Positions 48,562-58,251 of a stretch of 64,000 nucleotides of DNA are shown in pieces. The notes below the pieces were generated by a model. It worked only from the letters and a program-made list of their open reading frames with translations. It searched no databases and was not told the DNA's origin. The stretch is taken from positions 27 to 64,026 of the forward strand of contig CAZKFZ010000006.1 of assembly GCA_964552475.1 (NCBI GenBank), in the 5' to 3' direction. The DNA comes from an uncultured Candidatus Saccharibacteria bacterium (GTDB taxonomy: Bacteria > Patescibacteriota > Saccharimonadia > CAILAD01 > BJGX01). A program made the position numbers and the translations under genes. Position 1 is the first letter of the stretch. Each line of letters starts with the position of its first letter.

Positions 48562-49248
48562 CTATAGCGAACTTAAGTTTCCACGTTCGATAGTTCGGTT
48601 TGTGCCTTTGCGTTTTACGGCTCTCGCCACGCCCCAATGAATCAAGCTAGTTCTAACTTTTCCTACTGTGACAGCCTTGGATAATTCTTGATAAATTTGC
48701 TTTTTTGTATCTTCATCCCAGTCATCAAAATCGGCCGGTTTAGTGATAATTAATGTAGGTAAGAGCACTCTTGAATTATCTTCTTTTTGGCTTATACTAG
48801 TAACTTTTATTAAAGGGTTTGCAGGATAAATCATAGCTTCACCGCCAATTTTTAGTGTGCGTAGCATTTCACTTATTGCCTCAGAGCCTTTATCACGACC
48901 CAAGTAGTACATCATGTTGTGACTCACTATCCTATCAACGCTGTTGTTTTTAAAAGGCATGTGAGTGGCATCACCAGTAACTGCAGGCGCTACCCCTTCA
49001 GGATGAGAATTGTTATAGTCCCGGTCAAACCTTATTACTTTAGCCCTGTGATTAGTTAATGCCTCTATTTCGTCTGCCATTGTTTCATCACCTGCGCCAA
49101 CATCTAGAATTATCTCTTCATCTATACCAAATCCTTCGCCAAACACTCTTTTATAAGACTCTAGATTACGAGCAGAACGAATAACACTCTTGTCTTTATC
49201 TTTACCACTAACTATTTTCTCAGGAAGACTAGGACCAGTTTCTATCAT
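48562..49248 (-). CDS. class I SAM-dependent methyltransferase
   Basis: ILDVGAG, GDATHMPF..NSVD, RTLKIGG. Confidence 0.85.
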   Translation of the reverse strand: MIETGPSLPEKIVSGKDKDKSVIRSARNLESYKRVFGEGFGIDEEIILDVGAGDETMADEIEALTNHRAKVIRFDRDYNNSHPEGVAPAVTGDATHMPFKNNSVDRIVSHNMMYYLGRDKGSEAISEMLRTLKIGGEAMIYPANPLIKVTSISQKEDNSRVLLPTLIITKPADFDDWDEDTKKQIYQELSKAVTVGKVRTSLIHWGVARAVKRKGTNRTIERGNLSSL

Positions 49249-49296
49249 GTATAAAGTATATCAAAAAAGACCTTTTAAGGTCTTTTTAATAATTTC

Positions 49297-49372
49297 TGGT
49301 GGGCCTGGTAGGAATTGAACCTACGACCAATCGGTTATGAGCCGACTGCTCTAACCACTGAGCTACAGGCCC
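49297..49372 (-). tRNA. tRNA-Ile2 (CAT, lysidine-modified)
   Basis: GGGCCTG...CTCATAA...CAGGCCC-A-CCA; C4-G69/C5-G68 pairs as in TilS substrates. Confidence 0.88.
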
Positions 49373-49483
49373 TGGTCGTTAGCAAAGCAATAATCACTCC
49401 TCTAACCTGATAATAATAACGTATTTTTTTCTATAACGCAAAAAGCGCCATGTGAGGCGCTTTTGCGATTTGAATAAAAAAAC

Positions 49484-49687
49484 TTACTTGTTGCTTTTTT
49501 TCAAAATAGGCAGGCCAGTTCGAGTGTTTTCAATCACTTCGTAACCTTCTGGTAGTGCATCAATTGCACCTTCTTTGGCTTCGCGACCGAAGAAGTAAAT
49601 AACTTGCTTTCGTCCACCTTTAAGTGTAACTTCGCGTTCGTGTAAATAATATGTTTGACCTTTTGAGTTTACTTGTGTAAATGCCAT
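49484..49687 (-). CDS. small basic hypothetical protein
   Basis: MAFTQVNSKGQTYYLH...IYFF...LPEGYEV.EN.RTGLP; SD GAGGAGG; terminator at about 49438-49467. Confidence 0.8.
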   Translation of the reverse strand: MAFTQVNSKGQTYYLHEREVTLKGGRKQVIYFFGREAKEGAIDALPEGYEVIENTRTGLPILKKSNK

Positions 49688-49865
49688 AAAATGGTTCCTC
49701 CTCTTAATGTTACTTCTGTACTCTAGGTTACGAAACCTAAAATTCATTGTCAAGAGCCTCAACCAGATTTTATTAAGCCAACAGGTTAGAACAGTAGGAA
49801 TAATACTTGTGTTAATAGCAAGACTTAAGTTTATATACCAGTAAAAATGATTGCCTTAAAAGTGC

Positions 49866-49895
49866 TTGACATGTTCGTATGCTGTTCGTTATACT
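49866..49895 (+). promoter_or_regulatory. lexA promoter with GTTC-N7-GTTC putative LexA box
   Basis: TTGACA 49866-49871, TATACT 49890-49895; GTTC at 49873-49876 and 49884-49887. Confidence 0.7.
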
Positions 49896-49926
49896 AATAA
49901 ATAAGAAATAAAATATTGGAGGGAAA

Positions 49927-50553
49927 ATGACCAAACAGGCACTTACTAAAAAACAGCGTAAAACACTAGATTTTATATCAACTTTTATTGAGCAACACGG
50001 CTATTCCCCTAGCTATCGCGAGATTGCTAATGGTCTTAAGCTAAATTCTGTAGCAACTATTGCCCAACACATAGATACTCTAGTAGCTAAGGGCTTGCTG
50101 GTAAAAGGCAATAACTCAGCTCGCTCTCTTATGCCCGTTGAAGAGCTACAAGAAGAGATGAGCAAGCCTCGTGTTGGCTTACCTATACTAGGCATGATAG
50201 CCGCTGGTAGCCCCATAGAGACCCTCTCTGGCCACACAGATACCCTAGAGGTACCACCTTTTATGGTAGGTAGTAAAAATTCCTACGTCCTTCAGGTAAA
50301 AGGTCAGAGTATGATAGACGACGGCATACACGACGGCGACTACGTGGTGGTTCAAGAAAAAGAAGTTCCTTCTAATGGTGATGTGGTGGTTGCTCTTGTA
50401 AACAATTCTGAAGCCACTCTTAAGCGTTACTACAAAGAAGCTCGTCGTATTCGCTTACAACCTGCTAACTCTACTATGGAACCAATCTATGTAGAGGCTG
50501 GCACTCCTTTAAAAATTCAAGGTGTAGTTATTGGCCTTATTCGTAAGTACTAA
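49927..50553 (+). CDS. lexA: SOS repressor LexA
   Basis: GYSPSYREI, IAAG.P cleavage site, G.SM, TLKR. Confidence 0.96.
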   Translation: MTKQALTKKQRKTLDFISTFIEQHGYSPSYREIANGLKLNSVATIAQHIDTLVAKGLLVKGNNSARSLMPVEELQEEMSKPRVGLPILGMIAAGSPIETLSGHTDTLEVPPFMVGSKNSYVLQVKGQSMIDDGIHDGDYVVVQEKEVPSNGDVVVALVNNSEATLKRYYKEARRIRLQPANSTMEPIYVEAGTPLKIQGVVIGLIRKY

Positions 50554-50567
50554 ACCAAGACTATTTA

Positions 50568-51155
50568 TTACTCTAAAACTAACATAGTACTAATAACTAT
50601 TTTGAATAAATAAATAGTAACAAACATACCTACCATGGCGCCTATTAGTTCTATTATTGCCAGCCCAATATTACTTGGTATATCAAAAATAAAGCCTACA
50701 AACCAAGTATTCCATAAAGGAAAAAGTACGGTAAGTGTAAGGATTGCTAAGGCAAGTAAAACTAGTAGTAAACCTAGCTCTTTTATAGGCCACTTTTTTT
50801 GGTCTTTTTTAGTTTGCTTATTTACATAATCTTTCTCTACTACTATCTCGTTTTGAGCTTCGCTAAACACACTATAAAGCCAAAACAGCACCATATAGGC
50901 AACTAGCCCCACTACTACCCAAAAAGCTACAAGGGTAATTTTGCTAAAAATTGGCGAAGAAAACCAACTACTTAACTGCTCTGAAATACTGGCTTGTACA
51001 TCCGACTTTGACAATATTGTGCCCTTAGTAAAGTGTAGAGAAATAGCACTAATATTTACTACCACAAATATACCAAGCCCAAACAAAAACATTATAGCTA
51101 CCTGGTGAAGATCGAGCGCAAAAACTCGTTTTTTTTGTTCGCTATCTAAGTGCAT
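50568..51155 (-). CDS. hypothetical membrane protein
   Basis: Four TM segments. Confidence 0.7.
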   Translation of the reverse strand: MHLDSEQKKRVFALDLHQVAIMFLFGLGIFVVVNISAISLHFTKGTILSKSDVQASISEQLSSWFSSPIFSKITLVAFWVVVGLVAYMVLFWLYSVFSEAQNEIVVEKDYVNKQTKKDQKKWPIKELGLLLVLLALAILTLTVLFPLWNTWFVGFIFDIPSNIGLAIIELIGAMVGMFVTIYLFKIVISTMLVLE

Positions 51156-51170
51156 TAAAAACAGGCCAGA

Positions 51171-51893
51171 TTATTGGTTCATATTATTGGTAACAGTAAG
51201 GTTAATGGCAGTATCGGTACTTTTTTGTGTGTCTTGAGCAATAAGTACCGTAAGCATCTGGTCGCCCTTCATAAAGCTCTGTGCGGTTAGCCCGCTACCA
51301 AAACTAATTGACTGACCGTCTTCACTACTCCAACCTTTTGCCTTTAGTTGATCTGTGTAAAAAGTTTTAACTTTATCTGGACTATCTGTAGTAGATAGCG
51401 TTACATTGTAACCATCATTGCTCTTAACGGCAATCTTTATAGAGGATGGCTGGTAAATAGGCACATCGCTAGGAAACCCACTTGGTAGTTTGGTGTTGTC
51501 ACCAAAGCTGGCCGATTCACCATCTTTGTTTTGTACTGTTAAGCTTTTACCATCGGTACTAAGACCATTGTCTTTGGCAGCTTTCTGGACTCCAGCTATA
51601 AAAAGGAATGTAAAGAGTAACATAAATAACATAAATATTGTCGACAATACTATGGCTGCAACCGCTAGACCCTTACCGTTGTCACCGTTTTTCTTAATAG
51701 AGCTAAGCGCTACAATACCGAGTATTAAACCTACTAGAGGCACAAAAAAGCTCAAAATAAGCGCAGCTATAGCAAGTCCGTTGGTTTTTTTTGGTGACGC
51801 CGAACCATTACTAGCTGTTGAAGTGGTTGGAGCTTCAGTGGCAGCTGGTTCACTAGTTTTTGTAGATGCAGGTTTTACTGGTTTCTCTTCCAT
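51171..51893 (-). CDS. DUF4190-like membrane protein with extracellular domain
   Basis: TNGLAIAALI..G.ILGIVAL..IK....GKGLA.AA; LPSGFPSDVPIY. Confidence 0.75.
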   Translation of the reverse strand: MEEKPVKPASTKTSEPAATEAPTTSTASNGSASPKKTNGLAIAALILSFFVPLVGLILGIVALSSIKKNGDNGKGLAVAAIVLSTIFMLFMLLFTFLFIAGVQKAAKDNGLSTDGKSLTVQNKDGESASFGDNTKLPSGFPSDVPIYQPSSIKIAVKSNDGYNVTLSTTDSPDKVKTFYTDQLKAKGWSSEDGQSISFGSGLTAQSFMKGDQMLTVLIAQDTQKSTDTAINLTVTNNMNQ

Positions 51894-52014
51894 TATTATT
51901 TAAATCTCCTTTTAGTTGTTCTTAAGCTTAATAGTAATGCTTTTCTTGATAGTAAACAAGTCTAACCTTATAGTTCTGTAAGTTTTAGCAATTAAATAGT
52001 ATTATTTAAGTTAT

Positions 52015-52644
52015 ATGAAAAAAACCAATAAGAAAAATGTTTTCAACCAACAAATAATACTCATTTTATTATTAGGGCTTTTGCTAGGACTAATAATTTT
52101 TTCTGCAATTAGGCTGTATAAATACTCACCCGAAGACCATGTACACTACCATGCAAACTTTCAGGTGTGGGTAAATGGCGAACAGGAAAAGTTTGAGAGC
52201 CCGCTCAACTACCAGGAGGTTAATGTTTGCACAGTAGGTTTTAAGAATTCTCCATTGCATCGTACTCACATGCACGACGATGTCTATGACATTATTCATG
52301 TTCATGCCAGTGCTGTAACATGGGGACACTTTTTTGAAAATATAAATTCTTCGGCTCAGCCAGGTTACTTACGTTTGGGTGAAAAAATCTACCAAAACAA
52401 TTTAAATAATAAAGTTAGCTATATCCTTAATGGAAAAGAAGTGCCTACCCTTAACGGTTTGGTTATAAATAGCGAGGATACTCTACTAATAAACTACGGT
52501 GTTGAAGACAAAGATGTTTTACAAGCTAGATATAAATATATAGAAAACAAGGCGCATAGCTACAATCTAAAAAACGACCCTGCAAGTTGTGGCGGTAGTG
52601 ACAGCCCCAGCTTGTCGGAGCGCTGGAACCACCTATTCAACTAG
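52015..52644 (+). CDS. membrane-anchored His-motif hypothetical protein
   Basis: TM, then HVHYHA, HMHD, IIHVH. Confidence 0.75.
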   Translation: MKKTNKKNVFNQQIILILLLGLLLGLIIFSAIRLYKYSPEDHVHYHANFQVWVNGEQEKFESPLNYQEVNVCTVGFKNSPLHRTHMHDDVYDIIHVHASAVTWGHFFENINSSAQPGYLRLGEKIYQNNLNNKVSYILNGKEVPTLNGLVINSEDTLLINYGVEDKDVLQARYKYIENKAHSYNLKNDPASCGGSDSPSLSERWNHLFN

Positions 52645-53635
52645 TAGTTGGCAATTTAATGATAAATGTCGATCCTTTACCCTCCTTACTCTGAGCTTTT
52701 ATTGATCCTCCGTTTAGCTCAACAATATTTTTAGCCAGAGCCAAGCCCAAACCAAAACCTTTTACATTGCTTTGACTCCTAGAATTGTCTGCTCTATAAA
52801 ATCTTTCAAATATGTGCGGTAGGTCAGAAGATTTTATACCTATGCCGTTATCCTGCACTATAATACATGCAGATTTAGACGATTTTTTTGAGCTCATAAT
52901 AACTTTGCCTTTGGGCTTACTGTACTTTACAGCATTATCAAGCAGAATAGTGACGGCATCTACAATGTTTTCAAAATTACCACAAACAGATACGTCTGAT
53001 ACTTTGTTTTCTACCGATATTTTGTTTGTGCTAGCAACTTTTAGTACGTTGTTTAACGACTTAATTGCGATTTGCTCTAAAGATATTTTGGTTTTTACAA
53101 TATCTACCTTGTCTTGGCGAGCCAACTGTAACAATCTATCAGATAAAGTTTTGAGCTTGTTGGCTTCTTCTAGATTACTTTTTAGTAGTTCTACAGCTTC
53201 GGCTTTGGTAAGGTGTTTGTCTCGCAATGCAACTTCTATTTCGGTTTGCATAGCGGTAAGTGGTGTGCGCAACTCATGACTAGCATCTGCGGTAAATCGG
53301 CTTTGGGCAGCAAATGCATCTTCAATAGGCTGTAGTGTTCTTCGGGCCGAAACATTACCAACTACAGCTGCCAGCACGAACGTAATTGCATTAAATATTA
53401 GTAAACTGTTTTTTAGACTACTAGTAGCCTCTACTATTCTGGCATGTCGAAAATCTTCATAATTTATAGGGTTAAGTTGAGTGATAAAAAAATCTGGCGG
53501 CCTTCTTAATCCTCTATCTAGCTCTGTAGAATATATGCCATACAATAAAAGGCTAAAGCAAATGCTTAAAAGCATTATGGCTGCAATATAATAAAGCGTT
53601 AGTTTAAAAACTGCCGATTTTATCATAGTAAACAT
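52637..53635 (-). CDS. sensor histidine kinase
   Basis: DASHELRTPL, NAVKY, DNGIG, GFGLGL. Confidence 0.95.
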   Translation of the reverse strand: MFTMIKSAVFKLTLYYIAAIMLLSICFSLLLYGIYSTELDRGLRRPPDFFITQLNPINYEDFRHARIVEATSSLKNSLLIFNAITFVLAAVVGNVSARRTLQPIEDAFAAQSRFTADASHELRTPLTAMQTEIEVALRDKHLTKAEAVELLKSNLEEANKLKTLSDRLLQLARQDKVDIVKTKISLEQIAIKSLNNVLKVASTNKISVENKVSDVSVCGNFENIVDAVTILLDNAVKYSKPKGKVIMSSKKSSKSACIIVQDNGIGIKSSDLPHIFERFYRADNSRSQSNVKGFGLGLALAKNIVELNGGSIKAQSKEGKGSTFIIKLPTTS

Positions 53636-53636
53636 A

Positions 53637-54314
53637 TTAGATAGTTCCTATCTTGTAGCCAAACCCGCGCACAGTATGGACTAGCTCTGGACCTTTAAAT
53701 GGTTTGTCAATTTTGTTACGCAAATAACCAATATACACCTCTACAGTATTTGGAAGTATATCTGCATCAAAATTCCAGACATGACTAATAATATTGGTCT
53801 TGGAAAGTACTTGTCCGGCATTTCTAAGCATGTATTCTAACAAAGCAAACTCTTTACTAGAAAGTGTTATATTCTTACCAGCTCTCGTAACCTCGTAAGT
53901 TATAGTGTTAAGTTTTAGATCTTCTACTTCTAAAACAGTACCTGTAACATCTTTTGGTCGGCGCAGTAGTGCGTGTACTCTAGCGATAAGTTCATCGAAA
54001 GAAAATGGCTTCACAAGGTAATCGTCTGCCCCTGAGTTCAACCCCTCTACCCTATCACCAATTTTATCTTTGGCAGTAAGCATTAGAACCGGGGTGTGAA
54101 TGCCGTTTTTTCTAATTCGCTCGCATATATCAATACCGTCAAGTGTACCTGGTAGCATCCTATCTAGGATAATAAGGTCGTACTCTATGTTTAAGATAGT
54201 AGCTAGGCCTTCGTCACTGTCGTGCTCTATATCTACAGCAAAGTGTTCTTGTTCTAAACCCCGTTTGATTGCTGCAGCAATTTTGTGTTCGTCTTCTACA
54301 ACCAAAATTTTCAT
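53637..54314 (-). CDS. OmpR/PhoB-family response regulator
   Basis: ILVVEDE, LDRMLPG, GADDYLVKPF, TVRGFGY. Confidence 0.96.
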   Translation of the reverse strand: MKILVVEDEHKIAAAIKRGLEQEHFAVDIEHDSDEGLATILNIEYDLIILDRMLPGTLDGIDICERIRKNGIHTPVLMLTAKDKIGDRVEGLNSGADDYLVKPFSFDELIARVHALLRRPKDVTGTVLEVEDLKLNTITYEVTRAGKNITLSSKEFALLEYMLRNAGQVLSKTNIISHVWNFDADILPNTVEVYIGYLRNKIDKPFKGPELVHTVRGFGYKIGTI

Positions 54315-54336
54315 AATTCTATTCTACCTGTAAACT

Positions 54337-54355
54337 ACTGAGAATACACTGAGAA
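54337..54355. promoter_or_regulatory. putative OmpR-type direct-repeat operator
   Basis: ACTGAGAA at 54337-54344 and 54348-54355 (11-bp period) just upstream of the regulator. Confidence 0.5.
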
Positions 54356-54503
54356 AAAATAGTTTGATTTTTCAGCCGTTTTTAAGACTAGGTGTGTAGT
54401 CTTGGTAGTGATGCACTTAGTTGCTTTATGTGGGCCAGTAATAAGTCATAGGCCGAGCAAAAAAGTGTAATAAATATTAAAAGAATAAGGAGAACTATAC
54501 TAT

Positions 54504-54983
54504 ATGAGAAAAAAAGCACTAATAGCAAGTATTGCAACAGCCGGAGTTGCTGCCTCTGTTTTGGTTGGCGGAGTAACATTTGCCCAAACAAATGGCCAAA
54601 ACGCAAACCCCAGAGCAAGTCTAGCTCAAGCAATTGCTTCAAAGTTTAATCTTAATAAAGACGAGGTGGTCAAGGTAATGGATGAACAGCATCAAGCCGA
54701 AATGAATGAACGACTTTCGCAGGCTGTAAAAGACGGTAAACTTACCGAGGACCAAAAAAATAAAATAATAGCAAAACAGGCTGAAATGAAACCAAAGTTT
54801 GATGCCGCTCACGCCGAGACAGACTCTGCAAAACGCAAAGAAGCTCTAGATGCTTTACATAAAGAAATGCAACAATGGGCTAAAGATAATGGTATTCCTA
54901 AAGGACCTGGCGCAATTGGTAATGGGCCTATGGGGCATGGTGGACATCACGGAATAAGAGATGGAGGTGACACCTCGCAATAA
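54504..54983 (+). CDS. secreted helical hypothetical protein
   Basis: Signal peptide, AVKDGKLTEDQ, Gly/His tail; SD AAGGAG. Confidence 0.8.
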   Translation: MRKKALIASIATAGVAASVLVGGVTFAQTNGQNANPRASLAQAIASKFNLNKDEVVKVMDEQHQAEMNERLSQAVKDGKLTEDQKNKIIAKQAEMKPKFDAAHAETDSAKRKEALDALHKEMQQWAKDNGIPKGPGAIGNGPMGHGGHHGIRDGGDTSQ

Positions 54984-55089
54984 CAACTATAACTTTCTAG
55001 TACTTTAGTATTTGGTTGGTCACTCACTCTTGGTCAGGGTGAGTGACTTTTGTATAATTAAAAACCCCGAAAATAATTCGAGGTAATAA

Positions 55090-55473
55090 TTAGTTTTCAG
55101 TTCCAGGTGCCTCAGTTTTAAAAAAATATGTAGAACTAATTAATTCTGAACACAAAGTCGATCCAACTATATAGATACTAGTAATTATTAGTCCAATATC
55201 TACTAAATAACGATTACTTAGTTGGTACGTTTCGGTAAATAACATGAGTCCACTAAAAATAGTAACAAGAACAAAAACAATAAGAGCAGAAACTTCCTCA
55301 TAAACTGAACCGCCGTTGTTTATAAAAACCAATATTACCCATACAACTGTACTTGCTACTATGCTACACAACAGCAGGCTAGAATACTGTTGGTTGCTAT
55401 CCAAGCCATAGATAATTGTGCAAAACATACTAATCATAGTAATTAGCCCAAAAGTAATTTTATAGAATAACAA
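55090..55473 (-). CDS. hypothetical membrane protein
   Basis: Four TMs; SD AGGAG before TTG. Confidence 0.55.
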   Translation of the reverse strand: MLFYKITFGLITMISMFCTIIYGLDSNQQYSSLLLCSIVASTVVWVILVFINNGGSVYEEVSALIVFVLVTIFSGLMLFTETYQLSNRYLVDIGLIITSIYIVGSTLCSELISSTYFFKTEAPGTEN

Positions 55474-55538
55474 GGTGCTCCCTCTTTTCAGGTGATAATA
55501 CTATATCATTTTATTAATAAAAAACAAATTGTATTATG

Positions 55539-56804
55539 CTAGTTATTTGCTGGTGCAATTGGTAATGGTTGAGAGCATGTGGAGTTATTGGGTTTATTTG
55601 AGAATCTATCGTTTATCCAACTTATTACCTGGGGCGATGTGACTTGCGGAATCTTTAAATGACCCACATCATTTATCCATAAGGATGTAAGATTGGATCC
55701 ACCCTGACAGGCTCTTTGTATGTATAGAGCAGTAGTGTTTGGTAAAACTACTGTGTCGCTTAAACTTTCTACTACCATTACTGGTTGTGATGGTGCTAGT
55801 ACCGGAGCGGTTTGTAGTTTCGCTACCTCGGCCCAGGCAGGTACACTAATTGGGTTTTGGGAGAAAATGTGTTGGTCTAAATCATTTCTTACCATACCAA
55901 TTATTGCAGCCTGACTAATACACTTGTCGGCAATTTGTTGATAATTTTTAAGCCCTTGAGGAGTAGTAATAGTGTTAATATCTAGATTCTTATAAACGTC
56001 TGGCCAAGAAATAAGTATCTCTGGTCCTATTACCCAGTCAATAGCGGTTCCATATTGTTCATTCAATAAAGCAGTAAGTTCGGCTGCAGGTGCAGAGGCT
56101 ACAGTACTTACTAGTTGTAGTTCTGGCGAATAGCTACTAGCAAACTGTGATGTAAAAAGAGCCGAGTGACCACCTTGTGAATGTCCCCATACAGCGAACT
56201 GATTACCCGCCCCCGAACCAGGTATTTGACGTGCCGCTCTCACACTATTCAATACATCGTGGGCCTCACTTTCACCTACTAAATATTGTTCCGTGCCTTC
56301 AGTTCCCAGACCAGCATAGTCTGTTGCAGTCACTACCCAGCCAAGTTTGAGCATAGAGCTTATCCAGTCTAGGTTTGCTATTGGATCGCTTAACCTAGTA
56401 GGTGCGCATCTATCACCCATGCCAATTGTTCCATGCGCCCAAGCCACAATAGGCCTTGGCGAGCTAGTTGGTAGACTGGGTATGAAAACCATGCCAGAAG
56501 AAAATGTAAAACTACCATCAGCTTTTTGGGTTCTATATAAAACTCTTACACCATTGCCGCCATCAACAGGTATTCCAAGAGGTTCTTGTTTAACAACTTC
56601 ACCGGCTTGACCTTGCAAACTTAGCCCTTGAGTGTCGTAAAAAGGCTGAAGCTCTGCTTGGTATCTATCCGCTCGAATACTAGCAAAAATTAACCAGGCT
56701 ACCAACAACACTATAGCCACTGCAAACATTATAATAAATGTTCTAAAAACTTCATGTTTTTGCCAAAAACTTAAAGTTGATTTGTCTTGGCTTTTTTGAC
56801 TCAT
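55539..56804 (-). CDS. secretory lipase-family alpha/beta hydrolase
   Basis: AWAHGT.G...CAP, TDYAGLG, GHSQGG. Confidence 0.85.
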   Translation of the reverse strand: MSQKSQDKSTLSFWQKHEVFRTFIIMFAVAIVLLVAWLIFASIRADRYQAELQPFYDTQGLSLQGQAGEVVKQEPLGIPVDGGNGVRVLYRTQKADGSFTFSSGMVFIPSLPTSSPRPIVAWAHGTIGMGDRCAPTRLSDPIANLDWISSMLKLGWVVTATDYAGLGTEGTEQYLVGESEAHDVLNSVRAARQIPGSGAGNQFAVWGHSQGGHSALFTSQFASSYSPELQLVSTVASAPAAELTALLNEQYGTAIDWVIGPEILISWPDVYKNLDINTITTPQGLKNYQQIADKCISQAAIIGMVRNDLDQHIFSQNPISVPAWAEVAKLQTAPVLAPSQPVMVVESLSDTVVLPNTTALYIQRACQGGSNLTSLWINDVGHLKIPQVTSPQVISWINDRFSNKPNNSTCSQPLPIAPANN

Positions 56805-56832
56805 GTAATAATTTTATCACAAAAGCCTATGC

Positions 56833-58092
56833 TTATTGTTTGTCAATAAACTCCTTACACAGATACTCAAAAATAGAGTTAGTCCAGCCAAACCCCACTT
56901 GGGTGGGATACACGCCCTTCACGGGCGGTTTTTCTGGATTAACTACATTGTATTTTTCTATAAAATTACCATGTTCTTTAAACCAATTAAGATTATTATT
57001 GAGCCACTTCATTGCAATACGTCTAGCCTGGGAGTGGTAACCATACCTCTGAAGTGCCGTAATAACGATAAAGTGAAGTGGCGCCCAACCGTTTGGATAA
57101 GCCCACTGAGTAGGTACCGAACTTCTTCCTACCTTATTCATATTTGGAAACTCTGTGCAAGACAGTCCACCAATGTGCTCAAATCTTCTCAAGTTTCGAA
57201 CTAATAGCTCTGCCGTTCTGGTATCAACCATTCCAGCCCACATTGGAAAGTAACTCGCAAGTGAATTAACTAATGAGCGACGATGCTTAACATAGTTGTA
57301 GTCAAAGTATGTTTTGTGCAAATTGTCCCACATAAGATGGTTCATTACTCGTTTTCTATAGTGAGCTTTTTTAAGCCATTCTTTTTGGGCTGCTGTATTA
57401 CCGAGTATCTCGGCAGTTTTGGCAAAATCTGTTTCATACTTGTATAGTAATGCATTCAAATCTACTGGCAGATATTCTAAGCACTTTCTATTAAACCGCG
57501 TAGTCATATCCCAGCCACTTTCGGCCTCGGCTAAATCATTTAATACATTAATGTCATAATACCTACTCAAACCTAAATACTGTTTACGAACATTGGGTTT
57601 ATGGGTGCCCAACCAAACCACCCGATACTCTTTCTCTGCAGTGCTCATCATTTTTTTGAGCCATTCTTTGTCCATATCGTAAGTATTATATACATCTAGA
57701 ATGTAGCTTGTTAAAAATGGTGGATGAGATCGGCCGGTAAGATAATTGCGACTTGCGTTTGGAATAATATGGAATCTATCAAACATAAATATAAGATTCT
57801 CTAACATACCCACGACGTCTTTTTTGTGCTTACCATCTAGTATGCCTTGAGCAATAAAATAACTATCCCAGTAATATTGTTCTGGAAAATCAAACTCCCT
57901 ACCTGGTTCATAAGCAGGTACAATATATGGCTTTGGTAGGGCGATAAGCGTTGAATCTTCTTGTGGGTTGAATCTTCGCAAGTGCTTCCAATACGACTCA
58001 ACGTATTCTCTTGCCTTAGCCACGTCTTTTTGACTTAAGTCAAAACTTTTTCGTTGAAAAATATGTAATAGTTGTCTAGTTCTTCCTAACAT
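56833..58092 (-). CDS. trehalase (GH37)
   Basis: YYWDSYF, RSHPP, AESGWD, PVDLN, QW.YPNGWAP, EKY, GFGWTN. Confidence 0.92.
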   Translation of the reverse strand: MLGRTRQLLHIFQRKSFDLSQKDVAKAREYVESYWKHLRRFNPQEDSTLIALPKPYIVPAYEPGREFDFPEQYYWDSYFIAQGILDGKHKKDVVGMLENLIFMFDRFHIIPNASRNYLTGRSHPPFLTSYILDVYNTYDMDKEWLKKMMSTAEKEYRVVWLGTHKPNVRKQYLGLSRYYDINVLNDLAEAESGWDMTTRFNRKCLEYLPVDLNALLYKYETDFAKTAEILGNTAAQKEWLKKAHYRKRVMNHLMWDNLHKTYFDYNYVKHRRSLVNSLASYFPMWAGMVDTRTAELLVRNLRRFEHIGGLSCTEFPNMNKVGRSSVPTQWAYPNGWAPLHFIVITALQRYGYHSQARRIAMKWLNNNLNWFKEHGNFIEKYNVVNPEKPPVKGVYPTQVGFGWTNSIFEYLCKEFIDKQ

Positions 58093-58251
58093 CAGTTTTA
58101 TAGTATCAGAAACAAAACAAAAGAGCTAAGGCAAAAAATGTATAACTATATTCCAACTTTTCTTATAATTACTAATCTTGTTTTTACAAGTAGCTTTGTC
58201 TATATAGCCTAACAAGCTGTGCTAAACTGATGATATGGTAAATACAGCAAT

